From: a virus
Reading direction: 5' to 3' (one strand)
IMG/VR virus record: IMGVR_UViG_3300021375_002698
DNA: 64,000 nt
The notes under the pieces are model-generated. The model was not told the origin of the DNA. It was given only the letters and a program-made list of their open reading frames with translations, and did not search any database. A program made the translations under genes and the position numbers. Below, in pieces: positions 26,806-38,066 of this stretch (the first letter of the stretch is position 1; each line of letters opens with the position of its first letter).

Positions 26806-28413
26806 TTAATCATTATATTCTTTAATTTTAATATCATCAAAGAAGTTGTGTCTATTATTTACTCTAAATAGATTAAATCTATAAAAACTATCATTACTGT
26901 TTTTATATAAATCTATATCTTCCTCTTCATTTAAACTTTTATAAGTAAAACATTCTGGTGTAGCCATTAATGTAAATTTATTTTTTTTGTTTGCGATTGG
27001 AGTTATTGTTGTTATTTTATCATCATTGTCAAACAATATTGTTTTTCTTGGTATCATCAAGTTAGGATAAAATAAAGGTGCACCTTCATAACTAATTAAG
27101 TCATATTGCGTTTTATTTTCAAGAAACATGTATAAAAACGCAATTTGTGATGAATAATTTGATACATAACCATGCGCATCAATACTACAAATTGCATATA
27201 TGTTTATTTTAGAAGTATCAAAATTACTATCTTCAAATTTCGTAGGTAAATAAACATTGTTTTTAATAACTATTTCTTCACTTACATTTTCATTTCTTTT
27301 ATAGAAGTCATATTCTTGATGTGTCTCTATTTGCCCAATTAGTTTATATGACTCATCTAGATTGTTTCTTTTGAATATTTGAAAACCTTTTATGTCTTGC
27401 TGAGTATTAGGTGGTATTTCCCATTCTAAATAAAAAACCCTATTGTTTTTATTATAACTACCAGTTATATTTATTGGTGAAGGAGGTCTAATGTTTTCTT
27501 TACAAATAATATCTTCAGTTACAGATGGTACATCACATATTAAAAACATTTTTACAATTCTATCAGTAACACTTTTGTTGCCAAAATATACATACGTAGG
27601 ATACACTACATACAAATAAGTTTCACCATATTTTACGTTTTCATCTTTTATGTTTTTTTCTATTTGATCATTGACATTTTTTATACAGAAAAACACAGAG
27701 TCTTTTAACATATAATCATTATCTTTTTTAATATATTTTTTAACATAAAAACCTACGAATTTACTTCTAAATCTTTCTAGCGTAGAAGTCTCATTGTTTA
27801 ATAAAAAACTAAAGTTATTATCTTCAATATTGTCTATATTAAAGTCTGTGCCTTTAGAATTTATAACTTTTTCTTTTGTTGAATTTAGAAATATTTTTTT
27901 ATAACTATTAATATTTTCAACAATTTTATTGTTCAGTAAAATACTTTTACTTTTTATTTTTGAAATTTCATTAGCATATTCAGAGCTTATATTAACTTTC
28001 TTTTCTTTTGTAAAAAAATCTTTTACACTACCAGATTCATCTATATTTAGCTCACTTACTGTTATATCGAAATCTTTAGTAAAAATATCTTCTGACAAGT
28101 ATTCAAAACTATCATCAATTCTATCGAAAGTATTGAAATATTTCTTTTCACTTTTGTTTAAACTTTTATCAGATATACTAGTAAAAAAATCATAATTTAT
28201 GTTTTCGCTATTAGAATTATAAACATTGTCATTAAAGTACTTTATATTTAAATCAATATATTTCTTTGTAGTATTATCTATATTAATATTGGAAATCATA
28301 CTGTCTATAGTTAAAGTTTCTTGTTTATCATATACTAAATAATCAAAATCATAATCAATTTCAGTTCTACTTTTTATAAAATTTGTATTTTTTCTTGTTA
28401 CGCTAAGACTCAT
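26806..28413 (-). CDS. Virion protein with fibronectin-III-like domains
   Basis: GETYLYVV; PPSPINITG..LEWEIP..IKGFQIFKR..YAICSIDAHG..SNYS. Confidence 0.65.
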   Translation of the reverse strand: MSLSVTRKNTNFIKSRTEIDYDFDYLVYDKQETLTIDSMISNINIDNTTKKYIDLNIKYFNDNVYNSNSENINYDFFTSISDKSLNKSEKKYFNTFDRIDDSFEYLSEDIFTKDFDITVSELNIDESGSVKDFFTKEKKVNISSEYANEISKIKSKSILLNNKIVENINSYKKIFLNSTKEKVINSKGTDFNIDNIEDNNFSFLLNNETSTLERFRSKFVGFYVKKYIKKDNDYMLKDSVFFCIKNVNDQIEKNIKDENVKYGETYLYVVYPTYVYFGNKSVTDRIVKMFLICDVPSVTEDIICKENIRPPSPINITGSYNKNNRVFYLEWEIPPNTQQDIKGFQIFKRNNLDESYKLIGQIETHQEYDFYKRNENVSEEIVIKNNVYLPTKFEDSNFDTSKINIYAICSIDAHGYVSNYSSQIAFLYMFLENKTQYDLISYEGAPLFYPNLMIPRKTILFDNDDKITTITPIANKKNKFTLMATPECFTYKSLNEEEDIDLYKNSNDSFYRFNLFRVNNRHNFFDDIKIKEYND

Positions 28414-28421
28414 TTTTTACC

Positions 28422-31400
28422 TTATTGAATTGAAAACTCTACATTTATATTTACTATGTCATTTAAGTTATTTATTGGTATATGATAAAAATCATAGAAT
28501 TCTTTGTTTTCAAAACACAACTTGATGTCGTTTATTGAGTTTATATTGTTTAAAGACGATAAAGACTTGTAAATATATGTTTCATTATTCAAGGGATTTA
28601 TATCATTGTTAAAAATAACAATATTATCATTTATATTTATGTTATTGTTAAACTTTTCTTTTGAAGTTTTAGTAATACTTGAAAATTTAAAGTCATTTAA
28701 AGAATTTACTTTGTCATAAAAGTCTTTATCAATTGTCTTATTATTGTTTGATTTGTCTTTATAGAAGTCTGATTGTTTAATGTTAAAATTATATAAGCAA
28801 TTTAATATTGCATCATATTTATTTGATCTAAAATGACTTGTAATTATTTTTTCTATAACATCATCACTAACATTATATATATTTTTAAGCAAGTGAGCTC
28901 TTAAGTAATCTTTTCCAACAATCATGTATCTTTCGTTTATATTTTTAAAAATATCATAAAATCCTGTATGAAATCCAATATTAATGTTTTTACTATTATT
29001 TGCATCAATTCTGCTATCATTAAAGGCTGATATCAAAGATGTTATCAAAGGGCTAAAACAGTAATTATACTCTTCTATACTGTTGTATTTGTTTTTTTGC
29101 TGTATTTTTATATTGATTATATCACTATAATGAATATGATTCATTAAGTCAAACTTTATACCAAAAGTAAGAATTTTTTTATTTAATTCATCTGTGCCAG
29201 CATTAAATTCATTCAAGTTTATATTATATTTTTTTATACTATCTAGTAAGTTTTTATCTCCATTAAGATAATACTCTTTTGTATCTTGAATATTTATGCT
29301 GTCTTGATTCTCTATAAAGTTAGTAAAGAAATCTTTTTTAATGTAATATTTTTTACTTAATTCTTTAGATAAACAATTCATATAATAAGTGTTCATCATG
29401 TCTTTTGCTTTATTTCTATCTAAGTTTATCTCATTTAAAGAGTCTTCTAATTTTCTATTAACTAAAATGTCTATGTTTTCTTTGCTATTGAACTCTAAAG
29501 AATCTTCAATATACCTGTTTAAGATGTCAAAGCTCAAGCTTTGCATAAAGTCTGATATTTTTAATACATCATAATTGTACTGTATAGCACCGTGTATACC
29601 GCTATATAATTCGTTTATAATATTACTTTTTATTTTTGTTTTAAGATCAGAATAATTTTCAACACTTATAACATCATCTAAAATAGTAGTTCCAGAAGTC
29701 TCTATTTTAAAAACTTTACCCACTTCATAAGTTTCGATATCTAATCCTGTATTGCTATTCCTATATTTTTCTATGTTTTCAATAAAAGCGTTTTCTTGTG
29801 TTTCTCTAAAAATTTTATTAAAAATGATAGCGTATATTTTAATAATCTTACTTGACATATCTAAAACAAATTTATTTGATGTTATAAACGAGTCAATATC
29901 TTCTAAGTCTTGAAATGTTGATTCGTTGATATTTGTATTAAGACTTAATATTGTATTAATCCTACTTACAATTTTACTAAAAATGCTGTTTTCATTAATA
30001 CATAAATTATCAAAATTATCAGAAATTCTAAATCTATCAATTATATAGTTTTCTTGTTCTATGTTTTTTATAACATATAACATTTCAGATTCTGCTTTTT
30101 TAGAATTAATATTGTTATTAAACTCAATATCATTATTTACTAGCTTTTTAACGCTCCCACCAGAATGTATTAAAAACCCTATTGACATTGGTACGTTTTT
30201 CTTAACGTAAGTACAAAAAGGAAAAGTTGAAGTATGAACATTAAACTTTGCAATAAAGTCATTTCTTACACCTCTTCTATCACCGGTTTCTGTTTCTTGA
30301 CTGCCAAATTTTTTAATCGGACCATTTAAATCTACCTTGTCATATTTATTGGGATCTCCTGGAGTACTAGTTTCCTCAAACCTTGCAATACTTATGCTAT
30401 TGCTTGGTATATAAAAAAACTCAGAGAATTTTTTAAAGTTTTTGTTTTTAGAAAAGATTGTATTCCTTAACAGTTTGTAATCTTCATTAGAACTAAACAA
30501 ATCTTTATAGTATTCTATCTTTTCATCTTCGTTAAGAGTAGCAAATTTTTCAGAGTCTACACTTGACATATCAAACTCGTATCCAAGATTTGAAAACTTT
30601 AATATATCACTTGATTCTTTTCTATTTGATATCGCTCTTCTTACAAATCTTGTAATAATACTGTTTTTGCCATTAACATTAATACCCTCAACATCTTCTT
30701 CAAAGTTGCAAAGATATAAATATTGTAATGCTAAATCTTTAATATTTCTAGAACCTTTATTTATATTGTTTTTTATATCTTCATAAACTGTTTTTAAAAG
30801 AAGAGAAGAATTATTAAATACTGAAGACTTATAAAAATAATTGATTAATAATTCATTGTAATTTTCTTTAAAAGAAGAAGTAAAATCATTTTCTTCAATA
30901 TTGTCAACAAATTTATTTATAGTGTTTTCTATTTTTAAGTCAGCATAATCTAAACTTTGTGAAAAGTTAAAATTCGAATAAAACTTGTCGTTATTTTTAG
31001 CAACCAACAATTTAAAAATATCACTATCTTCATTAACAGGACTAAAAGTAATATTTTCTTTAGACACAAAAGTCGGGAAAGATATTGTTTTACTTGAATA
31101 CGAATTTGAAAGATCACTAGCATGATTTCTAAATATACTGTAGTCTATATTGTTTTTTTCTAAAAAGTTTAATTTAGACTTTTTTACTAATTCATCAACT
31201 TCAAAAGAAAGTTTGTTAGTTATAAAAAATTTATAATTATCTGTTTTATGATGATTAATATTAATATCATTACCCTCTTCAGATAATTTTAATTCATCAT
31301 CAAGATTATTCTTATAATACAAATATCCTGTTTGTATTATATTTTCTTCAATATTACTATTACTTATATTACTTAAAGCAGTTTTTACGTTATCTGTTTT

Positions 31401-34061
31401 TAATATTTCGTTATATAAAGAAGAATCATATTTCTCAGTTACATTTAATATATCATTTTCTATATCATTTTCAATAATTTCAATACCTTCTTCAGTATCA
31501 TATATTAATTCTAAAATACTGTCTGTTGTATTGTTTATAAATGAGCCTCTATTTCTATCATTTAAAAAGTTTGATATGTTTCTAATTTCATTTACTACAA
31601 TACTATTATCAGTTAAGTTATCTTTTGAAATCTTTTCTATGTATAAAAATAAATTCTCAAAAAAGCTTGAATTTGATGAAGAATCTTTTATCAAACCGAA
31701 AGCTAATAAATTAACTACATGCTCAATCATTAACTTTAAAACTCTAGCAACATTTTTTAATTTAGTAGTAATGCTACCATCTCTATTTAATATTGAGTTT
31801 CTTCTTTGAGAATTAGTGACTATTAAACTATTACTAAAAAATTCTATAACAGAAGTTTTATCATCTATTACATCTTTTAAGTTATTATGTAATATTGACA
31901 TGTCTTCTACTGTATTAGGTAAACATATACTAGTAATTACTAATTCTTCATTTTCACTTAAGATTAGATTACGTTCATCCTCAAATAGTTTTACATACTC
32001 TAAAATTAATACATTACTTATTTCACTACTATCTCCTGAAAGAAATTCTCTATTTCTATTGTTTGTAAACTCGCTTCTATTGTTAGATTCGTTAGTAAGT
32101 GTTGTTTTATATTCAATCTTAAATCTTGAATCAAGATCTAAGTGATTATATATTTCAAAATACATTTTATCAACAATAATTGATGATTTTCTATTGTTTT
32201 CTGTATCATTATTTTGATTGTTGAAAAATAAATCATAGTTAAAAGTCTGTGGTAATTTGTTCATTCTTTCATAATAGATAATATCTCTATTTTGAATGTT
32301 TTCACTTTCAAAAAATCTTAAAATATCAAATGTTTCATTTTTAATTTGATCAAATAATGTAAATGATTCGCTTTTTAAAAAAACATCAATCGTTTTGTCA
32401 CTAGATGAAGAAGGTATTAATGGATAAAAGATATCTTTAAATGTTAGTTTATCAAAACTTAAATTTTCCGTATATGTTACTCTTCCAAACCCATTGATAC
32501 TATTGTTATTGCTATTAGAGTAAATATTTCTATAATAAGATTTATATATTGAAAGTAGATTGCTTCCAATTATGACACTTTGTAATTTTTCAATAAAATC
32601 ATTTGAAAATGCTATATCTTGGACAAGAACTTTGTTTATAAATCTTGTAATTTCTTGTTTAAATATCCCGTCGTCTAGACCGGGATCAAAGTTAAAAATT
32701 GATTCTATAAATTTATTATATAATATTTTTCTTTTACCACTGTATGATGAGTTTTCCCTAAAAAATTCAGAAAAATCATTTTCAAAACTAGGAATAGGGT
32801 CACGTAACATATGTATTCTTGGATTTAAAGTGACAAGATTTTGATTATTAGTAGTTTTATTTCCAATGCTAATATTACTAAACATGTTTTCTTTTTCTTG
32901 CACGTAACTTTGATAGAAACTAGTATTAAAAGCTTTTTTTCTATCATTTAAGTCTTGATATGTAATGACTCCTGTTTCTTTTATTACTGTAGGGTATAAA
33001 GAATACATAGAAAAAGAAAGGTTTGTAATTTGTTGAACAATAAACGTATCAGTACACATAAATTCTCCAACATTTAAATTAGAAGGTTCTTCGTCTAAAT
33101 AAGATCCAAAATACCTTTGTAAAAATTCAAAAGATGATTCATCATCAAGATAATCTGAAATTTTATGATCTATACCAGCTTCTTTTGTTATCTCTCTATT
33201 AGGTATAATATTAAAATCATCTTCATTACTGATGCTTATAGGGTGTGCTCTAGTTAATATTTTTCCAATCTTGTTAAACCTATTGTTGTTTTTTGAATAA
33301 TCTTTTATAAAGAGCATAAAATCTTTGTCAGATACGAAATCTTTAATATTTTCAAGTTCTGTTTCAATACTATTTACAGAATTATTTATAATTTTAAAGT
33401 TATTTTTTGTTTTACTATCAAAAAAGTTAATAAAATTGGGTATTTTTTCTACATATCTTAATATATCACTATTGATATTATCATAATAATTTTCAATAAC
33501 ATCACGCTTAAAATCTTTAATATCTGTAAAAAGTGGATAAGTTAGTGGTATGTTTGAAGATATAGAATGTAGCATATCAATATTGTCTTTTTTTAAAGGA
33601 TTTCTAAGCGAATAAAAATCATTAATATAATCTTCAAATATTGATATGTTCTTAACTCTTTTATTTTTATGATTTATATAAATATCAATTTCAATGCTTC
33701 TAGGTTTTAACTCTGGTAAACCAAAAATATTTAAGTCTACATAAAATTGTTCTTGTGATGCTGGTATTTCTTCTACAAGCGCTTCAATATTTGTTGCAAC
33801 ATCTCCAGGTTTACTGTTATCTTGATTGCCAGGCGTAGAATATTCTATGTCAACAGCAGGACTAAAACCAAAACCACTAAACTCTGATATTAATTCACCA
33901 GATTGCATGTTTGATCCTTGAGGAACTTGTAGATCAATGCTTACATCTAATAATCCTGATACATCTACTGCATTATTTGATGATGACGTACTATATGTTG
34001 TTAATCCTGTATTAACTGTTCTTTTTTGAACGTTAAGTAAATTTTTATTTGCTGTTAACAT
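28422..34061 (-). CDS. Giant Asn/Ile-rich hypothetical protein (1879 aa), probably virion structural
   Basis: 5.6-kb uninterrupted ORF inside the baseplate cluster; AAGGA SD. Confidence 0.7.
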   Translation of the reverse strand: MLTANKNLLNVQKRTVNTGLTTYSTSSSNNAVDVSGLLDVSIDLQVPQGSNMQSGELISEFSGFGFSPAVDIEYSTPGNQDNSKPGDVATNIEALVEEIPASQEQFYVDLNIFGLPELKPRSIEIDIYINHKNKRVKNISIFEDYINDFYSLRNPLKKDNIDMLHSISSNIPLTYPLFTDIKDFKRDVIENYYDNINSDILRYVEKIPNFINFFDSKTKNNFKIINNSVNSIETELENIKDFVSDKDFMLFIKDYSKNNNRFNKIGKILTRAHPISISNEDDFNIIPNREITKEAGIDHKISDYLDDESSFEFLQRYFGSYLDEEPSNLNVGEFMCTDTFIVQQITNLSFSMYSLYPTVIKETGVITYQDLNDRKKAFNTSFYQSYVQEKENMFSNISIGNKTTNNQNLVTLNPRIHMLRDPIPSFENDFSEFFRENSSYSGKRKILYNKFIESIFNFDPGLDDGIFKQEITRFINKVLVQDIAFSNDFIEKLQSVIIGSNLLSIYKSYYRNIYSNSNNNSINGFGRVTYTENLSFDKLTFKDIFYPLIPSSSSDKTIDVFLKSESFTLFDQIKNETFDILRFFESENIQNRDIIYYERMNKLPQTFNYDLFFNNQNNDTENNRKSSIIVDKMYFEIYNHLDLDSRFKIEYKTTLTNESNNRSEFTNNRNREFLSGDSSEISNVLILEYVKLFEDERNLILSENEELVITSICLPNTVEDMSILHNNLKDVIDDKTSVIEFFSNSLIVTNSQRRNSILNRDGSITTKLKNVARVLKLMIEHVVNLLAFGLIKDSSSNSSFFENLFLYIEKISKDNLTDNSIVVNEIRNISNFLNDRNRGSFINNTTDSILELIYDTEEGIEIIENDIENDILNVTEKYDSSLYNEILKTDNVKTALSNISNSNIEENIIQTGYLYYKNNLDDELKLSEEGNDININHHKTDNYKFFITNKLSFEVDELVKKSKLNFLEKNNIDYSIFRNHASDLSNSYSSKTISFPTFVSKENITFSPVNEDSDIFKLLVAKNNDKFYSNFNFSQSLDYADLKIENTINKFVDNIEENDFTSSFKENYNELLINYFYKSSVFNNSSLLLKTVYEDIKNNINKGSRNIKDLALQYLYLCNFEEDVEGINVNGKNSIITRFVRRAISNRKESSDILKFSNLGYEFDMSSVDSEKFATLNEDEKIEYYKDLFSSNEDYKLLRNTIFSKNKNFKKFSEFFYIPSNSISIARFEETSTPGDPNKYDKVDLNGPIKKFGSQETETGDRRGVRNDFIAKFNVHTSTFPFCTYVKKNVPMSIGFLIHSGGSVKKLVNNDIEFNNNINSKKAESEMLYVIKNIEQENYIIDRFRISDNFDNLCINENSIFSKIVSRINTILSLNTNINESTFQDLEDIDSFITSNKFVLDMSSKIIKIYAIIFNKIFRETQENAFIENIEKYRNSNTGLDIETYEVGKVFKIETSGTTILDDVISVENYSDLKTKIKSNIINELYSGIHGAIQYNYDVLKISDFMQSLSFDILNRYIEDSLEFNSKENIDILVNRKLEDSLNEINLDRNKAKDMMNTYYMNCLSKELSKKYYIKKDFFTNFIENQDSINIQDTKEYYLNGDKNLLDSIKKYNINLNEFNAGTDELNKKILTFGIKFDLMNHIHYSDIINIKIQQKNKYNSIEEYNYCFSPLITSLISAFNDSRIDANNSKNINIGFHTGFYDIFKNINERYMIVGKDYLRAHLLKNIYNVSDDVIEKIITSHFRSNKYDAILNCLYNFNIKQSDFYKDKSNNNKTIDKDFYDKVNSLNDFKFSSITKTSKEKFNNNININDNIVIFNNDINPLNNETYIYKSLSSLNNINSINDIKLCFENKEFYDFYHIPINNLNDIVNINVEFSIQ

Positions 34062-34096
34062 ATTTTTCCTTAATTTTTCAATAATATATATGCTAT

Positions 34097-36910
34097 TTAA
34101 TTAATATCAATCGTATGCATACTATTTAAAGTTCTATCATCTATTCTTTCTAATACTCTATTATTACTATCTAAAAAAGGAATATTGTAAAAACTTTCTG
34201 TGAAAAGACTGTTATTTGAATCATAAAAATAAACTTTAACTGCTATACCTTTTATATGGATTCCACCTTCTGAGCTTCTTCTCTTTACGCTATATATACT
34301 ATTTAGTAAGTAGTTAATATGATCTTTGTTTATCATACCTTCTATTTTCAAAGAAGCTACAAAAGAAACGATATCGTCATCTTCATTAATGTTATTTAAA
34401 CTTGTATCTATTTCACTTAAACTACCTGTTAGAGGGCTAAGATTGTTAAAATACTCAAATCGATTACTTCTTTCATTTAAAAATTTATCACTAAACCAAA
34501 GAATTTGATTTTCTAAAGTAAAGCTTTTTCTATCATCTAAAAAATCAAATTCACTAGAAGAAATTGCTATATTTGGTGAATATTTCATCTTCCACTTATA
34601 TCTTGAAAGTTCATTTCTATCAATATTTATTGATTGAATTAACAAAGCTTTGTAACCATTGTCAAATGTATTGCTGTCTAAGTCTCTAACCAAATTATTA
34701 TAACTATCAGCTTGATTCTCTATATTAGTTATAAAATCACTTGTAGTCATAACCGATCTATTTTCACTTATTTGCCTTATATTGTAATTTGAAGCATAAA
34801 CTTGTATATAACGTCTTCTAAGAAAGTCTGACATTTCTTGACTTACAAAGTTTTTCAAAATATTTCTATTTAATAAAAATTCTTGTATAAATCTTTTTCG
34901 TTCAAAAAAACTTCTATTTTTTATTTTTTTAGTTAAATCTTTTATAAGACTTATTTTTTCTGTAACATTAAGATTTTCTGAAAGATACTTTCCTTTTATT
35001 GAATTATGAGTCTGAAAGTCTATTTCATTATCTCTTATTGAAAAAATAAAATTTGAAAGAGTTGTATTAGAATTATATACTATTTCATTTGTCGAATCAT
35101 TTGAAGTTATCGGAATTGAATAAACATTATTAAGAGTAAAACCTTCTTGATCAAATCCTTTAAATCTATAATCGTTTGTAGATTTAAAATCTGATAAAAT
35201 ATTAAATTCTAGTTCTAAGTAGATCTTCATTCTGCTTATATTACTGTTGTTACTTTCTAAGATTCTATACTTTGTAAAGCTAGATACATTATTGTCAAAA
35301 ATAATAGAAAGCTCGGGATATATTTCAAAAAGTCTTTGATATCTTAAGTTTCTTATTTGACTAAGCAAAGAGTCTTGTGAATTCAACAGCTGATCATATG
35401 AATAAAATTTTTCTATACTGTCAACAATTGTGGCATCATTTTTTAGATCAAATTTTACATAATATATTGAATTTTTTAGTAAATTTTCTACAGAAGGTTC
35501 TGACAGTTCTTGATTTTCTTCACTTCTTAAAAAATATCTTAATTCTCTAGCAACGTTTTGTAAACTGTTTTTGTTTTCAAATATAGGATTGTCTATCGTA
35601 AAGAAATTAGATATACCTCGATCAATATAATTTGTATCATTTAAAGCTATATTTAAATTATATATTTCTTTATATACATTTAGAAAGTCATTATCACTAG
35701 GCAATTCATAGTTTGTTGACTCTTCAACTGAATGTATTATAAAGTTTTCTTCGGAGTCTTGTATCTTAAATAATATACTAGTTATTTGTCTTTCAGCAAA
35801 ATAAATAAATATATTGTCTTTCAAAAGAGTATTTAGAGGTTTTTTATCAAAAAATATTCTACTACTTTCATTAAATTGATCATTACTATAGATATTATAT
35901 ATGGGTTCTCCACTAAAGTCTTGTATGTTATCTATAGTTAACAAGCCAATGTCTCTAACATCAATATCAGAAAAATCAAATATTAAGTTCTTTTCATTTG
36001 ATCTTTGTATTATATGTCTAAATCTTAGGTTTGATTCTAACACATTTTTTTTATATATTAAAAATTCTTTAATTATTTCTATGGATATATCACTTGATAT
36101 TATATAGTTCTTTTTAAAAGTTTTTTCTTCATCTACACTAGTTGATTTTCTAGTCATGAAGTAAGATATTGAAATATCTCGTATATTACTATCGTTATTT
36201 AAATAGTTTGTAATATTTGATATACTCTTGTTACCGCTTAAAATAAACTCAGATAGTTTATAGTAAAAGTTGTTTGTATTAGAAAAGTCTCTTTCAATAA
36301 TATTTTTTCTATCATTACTAAAATCATATCTTTTATCGTTAAAGTTAATACATATATCTTTAAATTTTTCTATAGCTACATCTATGTTTTCATCATTAGT
36401 GTCTATATGAAATGATTTTTCTTCATAATCAAAGTCTATGTAAAAGTTATCAATATACTCATTTAATATTGATAAATTAACTTTTTGATTCTCAGCATCA
36501 GTTAGTTTTTTAAAAAATGTATCTGTTAAACTTAAATTTGTAGCACTATCTAAAATATTATCATATTCGTCTACAGCATATATGTCATATTTTTTAGTAT
36601 TAAGTTTGCTTTTACGTGGTAGACTTGATGTAAATCCTGCTTCGTTTATACTGAAATGTAGTGTATAAGAATAAGAAAATCTATTTTGAGACAAACCTGA
36701 TGTTGAAAATACATGTTCAAAGAAAACATCATTAATGACTAAAAAAAATTTGCTTATTTTATTTATATTATCCATGTTTTTAGGTAATAAAATATCAGAT
36801 AATATCATATAGTCGTTCTGTGCAAATTGGTTAACTTTGTTATTAACTGCTCTTGTTGTACCTAAAAATTCTTTTATTATAGTGTTATTTTTTATTTTAG
36901 TAATATACAT
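34097..36910 (-). CDS. Large hypothetical protein (937 aa)
   Basis: Long ORF in the baseplate cluster; no recognisable motif. Confidence 0.7.
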   Translation of the reverse strand: MYITKIKNNTIIKEFLGTTRAVNNKVNQFAQNDYMILSDILLPKNMDNINKISKFFLVINDVFFEHVFSTSGLSQNRFSYSYTLHFSINEAGFTSSLPRKSKLNTKKYDIYAVDEYDNILDSATNLSLTDTFFKKLTDAENQKVNLSILNEYIDNFYIDFDYEEKSFHIDTNDENIDVAIEKFKDICINFNDKRYDFSNDRKNIIERDFSNTNNFYYKLSEFILSGNKSISNITNYLNNDSNIRDISISYFMTRKSTSVDEEKTFKKNYIISSDISIEIIKEFLIYKKNVLESNLRFRHIIQRSNEKNLIFDFSDIDVRDIGLLTIDNIQDFSGEPIYNIYSNDQFNESSRIFFDKKPLNTLLKDNIFIYFAERQITSILFKIQDSEENFIIHSVEESTNYELPSDNDFLNVYKEIYNLNIALNDTNYIDRGISNFFTIDNPIFENKNSLQNVARELRYFLRSEENQELSEPSVENLLKNSIYYVKFDLKNDATIVDSIEKFYSYDQLLNSQDSLLSQIRNLRYQRLFEIYPELSIIFDNNVSSFTKYRILESNNSNISRMKIYLELEFNILSDFKSTNDYRFKGFDQEGFTLNNVYSIPITSNDSTNEIVYNSNTTLSNFIFSIRDNEIDFQTHNSIKGKYLSENLNVTEKISLIKDLTKKIKNRSFFERKRFIQEFLLNRNILKNFVSQEMSDFLRRRYIQVYASNYNIRQISENRSVMTTSDFITNIENQADSYNNLVRDLDSNTFDNGYKALLIQSINIDRNELSRYKWKMKYSPNIAISSSEFDFLDDRKSFTLENQILWFSDKFLNERSNRFEYFNNLSPLTGSLSEIDTSLNNINEDDDIVSFVASLKIEGMINKDHINYLLNSIYSVKRRSSEGGIHIKGIAVKVYFYDSNNSLFTESFYNIPFLDSNNRVLERIDDRTLNSMHTIDIN

Positions 36911-36924
36911 TATTATCTCACAAT

Positions 36925-38025
36925 TTATTCAGCAATCAGTGTAAACATACATAAAAAGCTATAATAGTTAGAAATTATAAAACTCTTGTTTATTATATTA
37001 CTCTGTATTGTTCCGTTGTTAAAATTAAATACAATATCATTTTCTATATTGTCATAATTTTTAGTATTTATAATTTTACCTATTAGATACACTTGTTTTG
37101 TTTTGCCATTTGATTTGTCATATACTTCACCAAGATCAATGAAATGTAACTTATTCTTTTCTAACTCTTTAGAATCTCCAGAAGTTTTTTCAAAAAACTC
37201 AGACATACTCAAAATATACATGTCATCTTTATTACTGTTTGATACTTCGTAAACTTTCTTATCTATATCTTTATTATTCATTAAACTATTTATAGTTTTT
37301 AAAATAGCTTCTTCAGCTGTATTGTTTTCATTAATATCTACATCTTTATTGTAACTTTTTAAAACTAGATTTTCATTAACTTCTTTTTCAAAATAAAAGT
37401 TTGTATCTATTTCATCATAAAGCTTTGTACCATCAATGTTCTCTGGGATAAGCCTTTTAAAGTTGGTTTTTCTAGAGAATCTCTTATCAGTTGTTATTGA
37501 ATTTGTTTTTTCAAGATTTATACTTTTTTTATTAATAGTTGGATATTTCTTTCCTGGATTGTTCAATATTTTAAACGAATCTTTTTTAACTATTGTATCA
37601 CTATCAACAAAACTTATTCCTGTTTTTTTGCTAGGTCTTCTTGTTTCTAAGTAATTTATATTTATTAACTTCTCTCCAATAGAACTATTAATAGAAACTT
37701 CAGTAACAGCATTGTCAAAAGAAATATCAATCTGAGTTAAGTTAATATTAGCATCATCGTTAAAAGAAATCTCTTTCTTTAAGTCAAATTCACTATTTAT
37801 ATAGTCACACTCACTAGAGAAAGACTCAAAGGGTAAATATAACTTTTCTTCTGATATGTTTATTTTATCATCTACAGATGTTATATCTTTTTCTTTATAA
37901 ACAATGCTTTTGTCGCTAAATGTCGCATAGTAAAACCTAATGTCATTATCTTGAATCTGACTTCTACCATTTTCAGTTAAAATGTAGTCTATAAATCTTG
38001 ATTTTTTATCTAGTATACCTGACAT
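36925..38025 (-). CDS. Virion protein whose N-terminus is paralogous to 26001..26741
   Basis: MSGILDKKSRFIDYILTENGRSQI..IRFYYATFSDKSIVY. Confidence 0.68.
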   Translation of the reverse strand: MSGILDKKSRFIDYILTENGRSQIQDNDIRFYYATFSDKSIVYKEKDITSVDDKINISEEKLYLPFESFSSECDYINSEFDLKKEISFNDDANINLTQIDISFDNAVTEVSINSSIGEKLININYLETRRPSKKTGISFVDSDTIVKKDSFKILNNPGKKYPTINKKSINLEKTNSITTDKRFSRKTNFKRLIPENIDGTKLYDEIDTNFYFEKEVNENLVLKSYNKDVDINENNTAEEAILKTINSLMNNKDIDKKVYEVSNSNKDDMYILSMSEFFEKTSGDSKELEKNKLHFIDLGEVYDKSNGKTKQVYLIGKIINTKNYDNIENDIVFNFNNGTIQSNIINKSFIISNYYSFLCMFTLIAE

Positions 38026-38066
38026 GCTTTTCTTTCTTCTACTTTTTATACATTATAAGTTAAATA

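Noticed and set aside
28422-34061. Tape measure protein call for the 1879-aa ORF
   Set aside because: It lacks the Ala/Gly-rich helical repeats and TM segments typical of tape measures, and no tube or sheath gene is adjacent.
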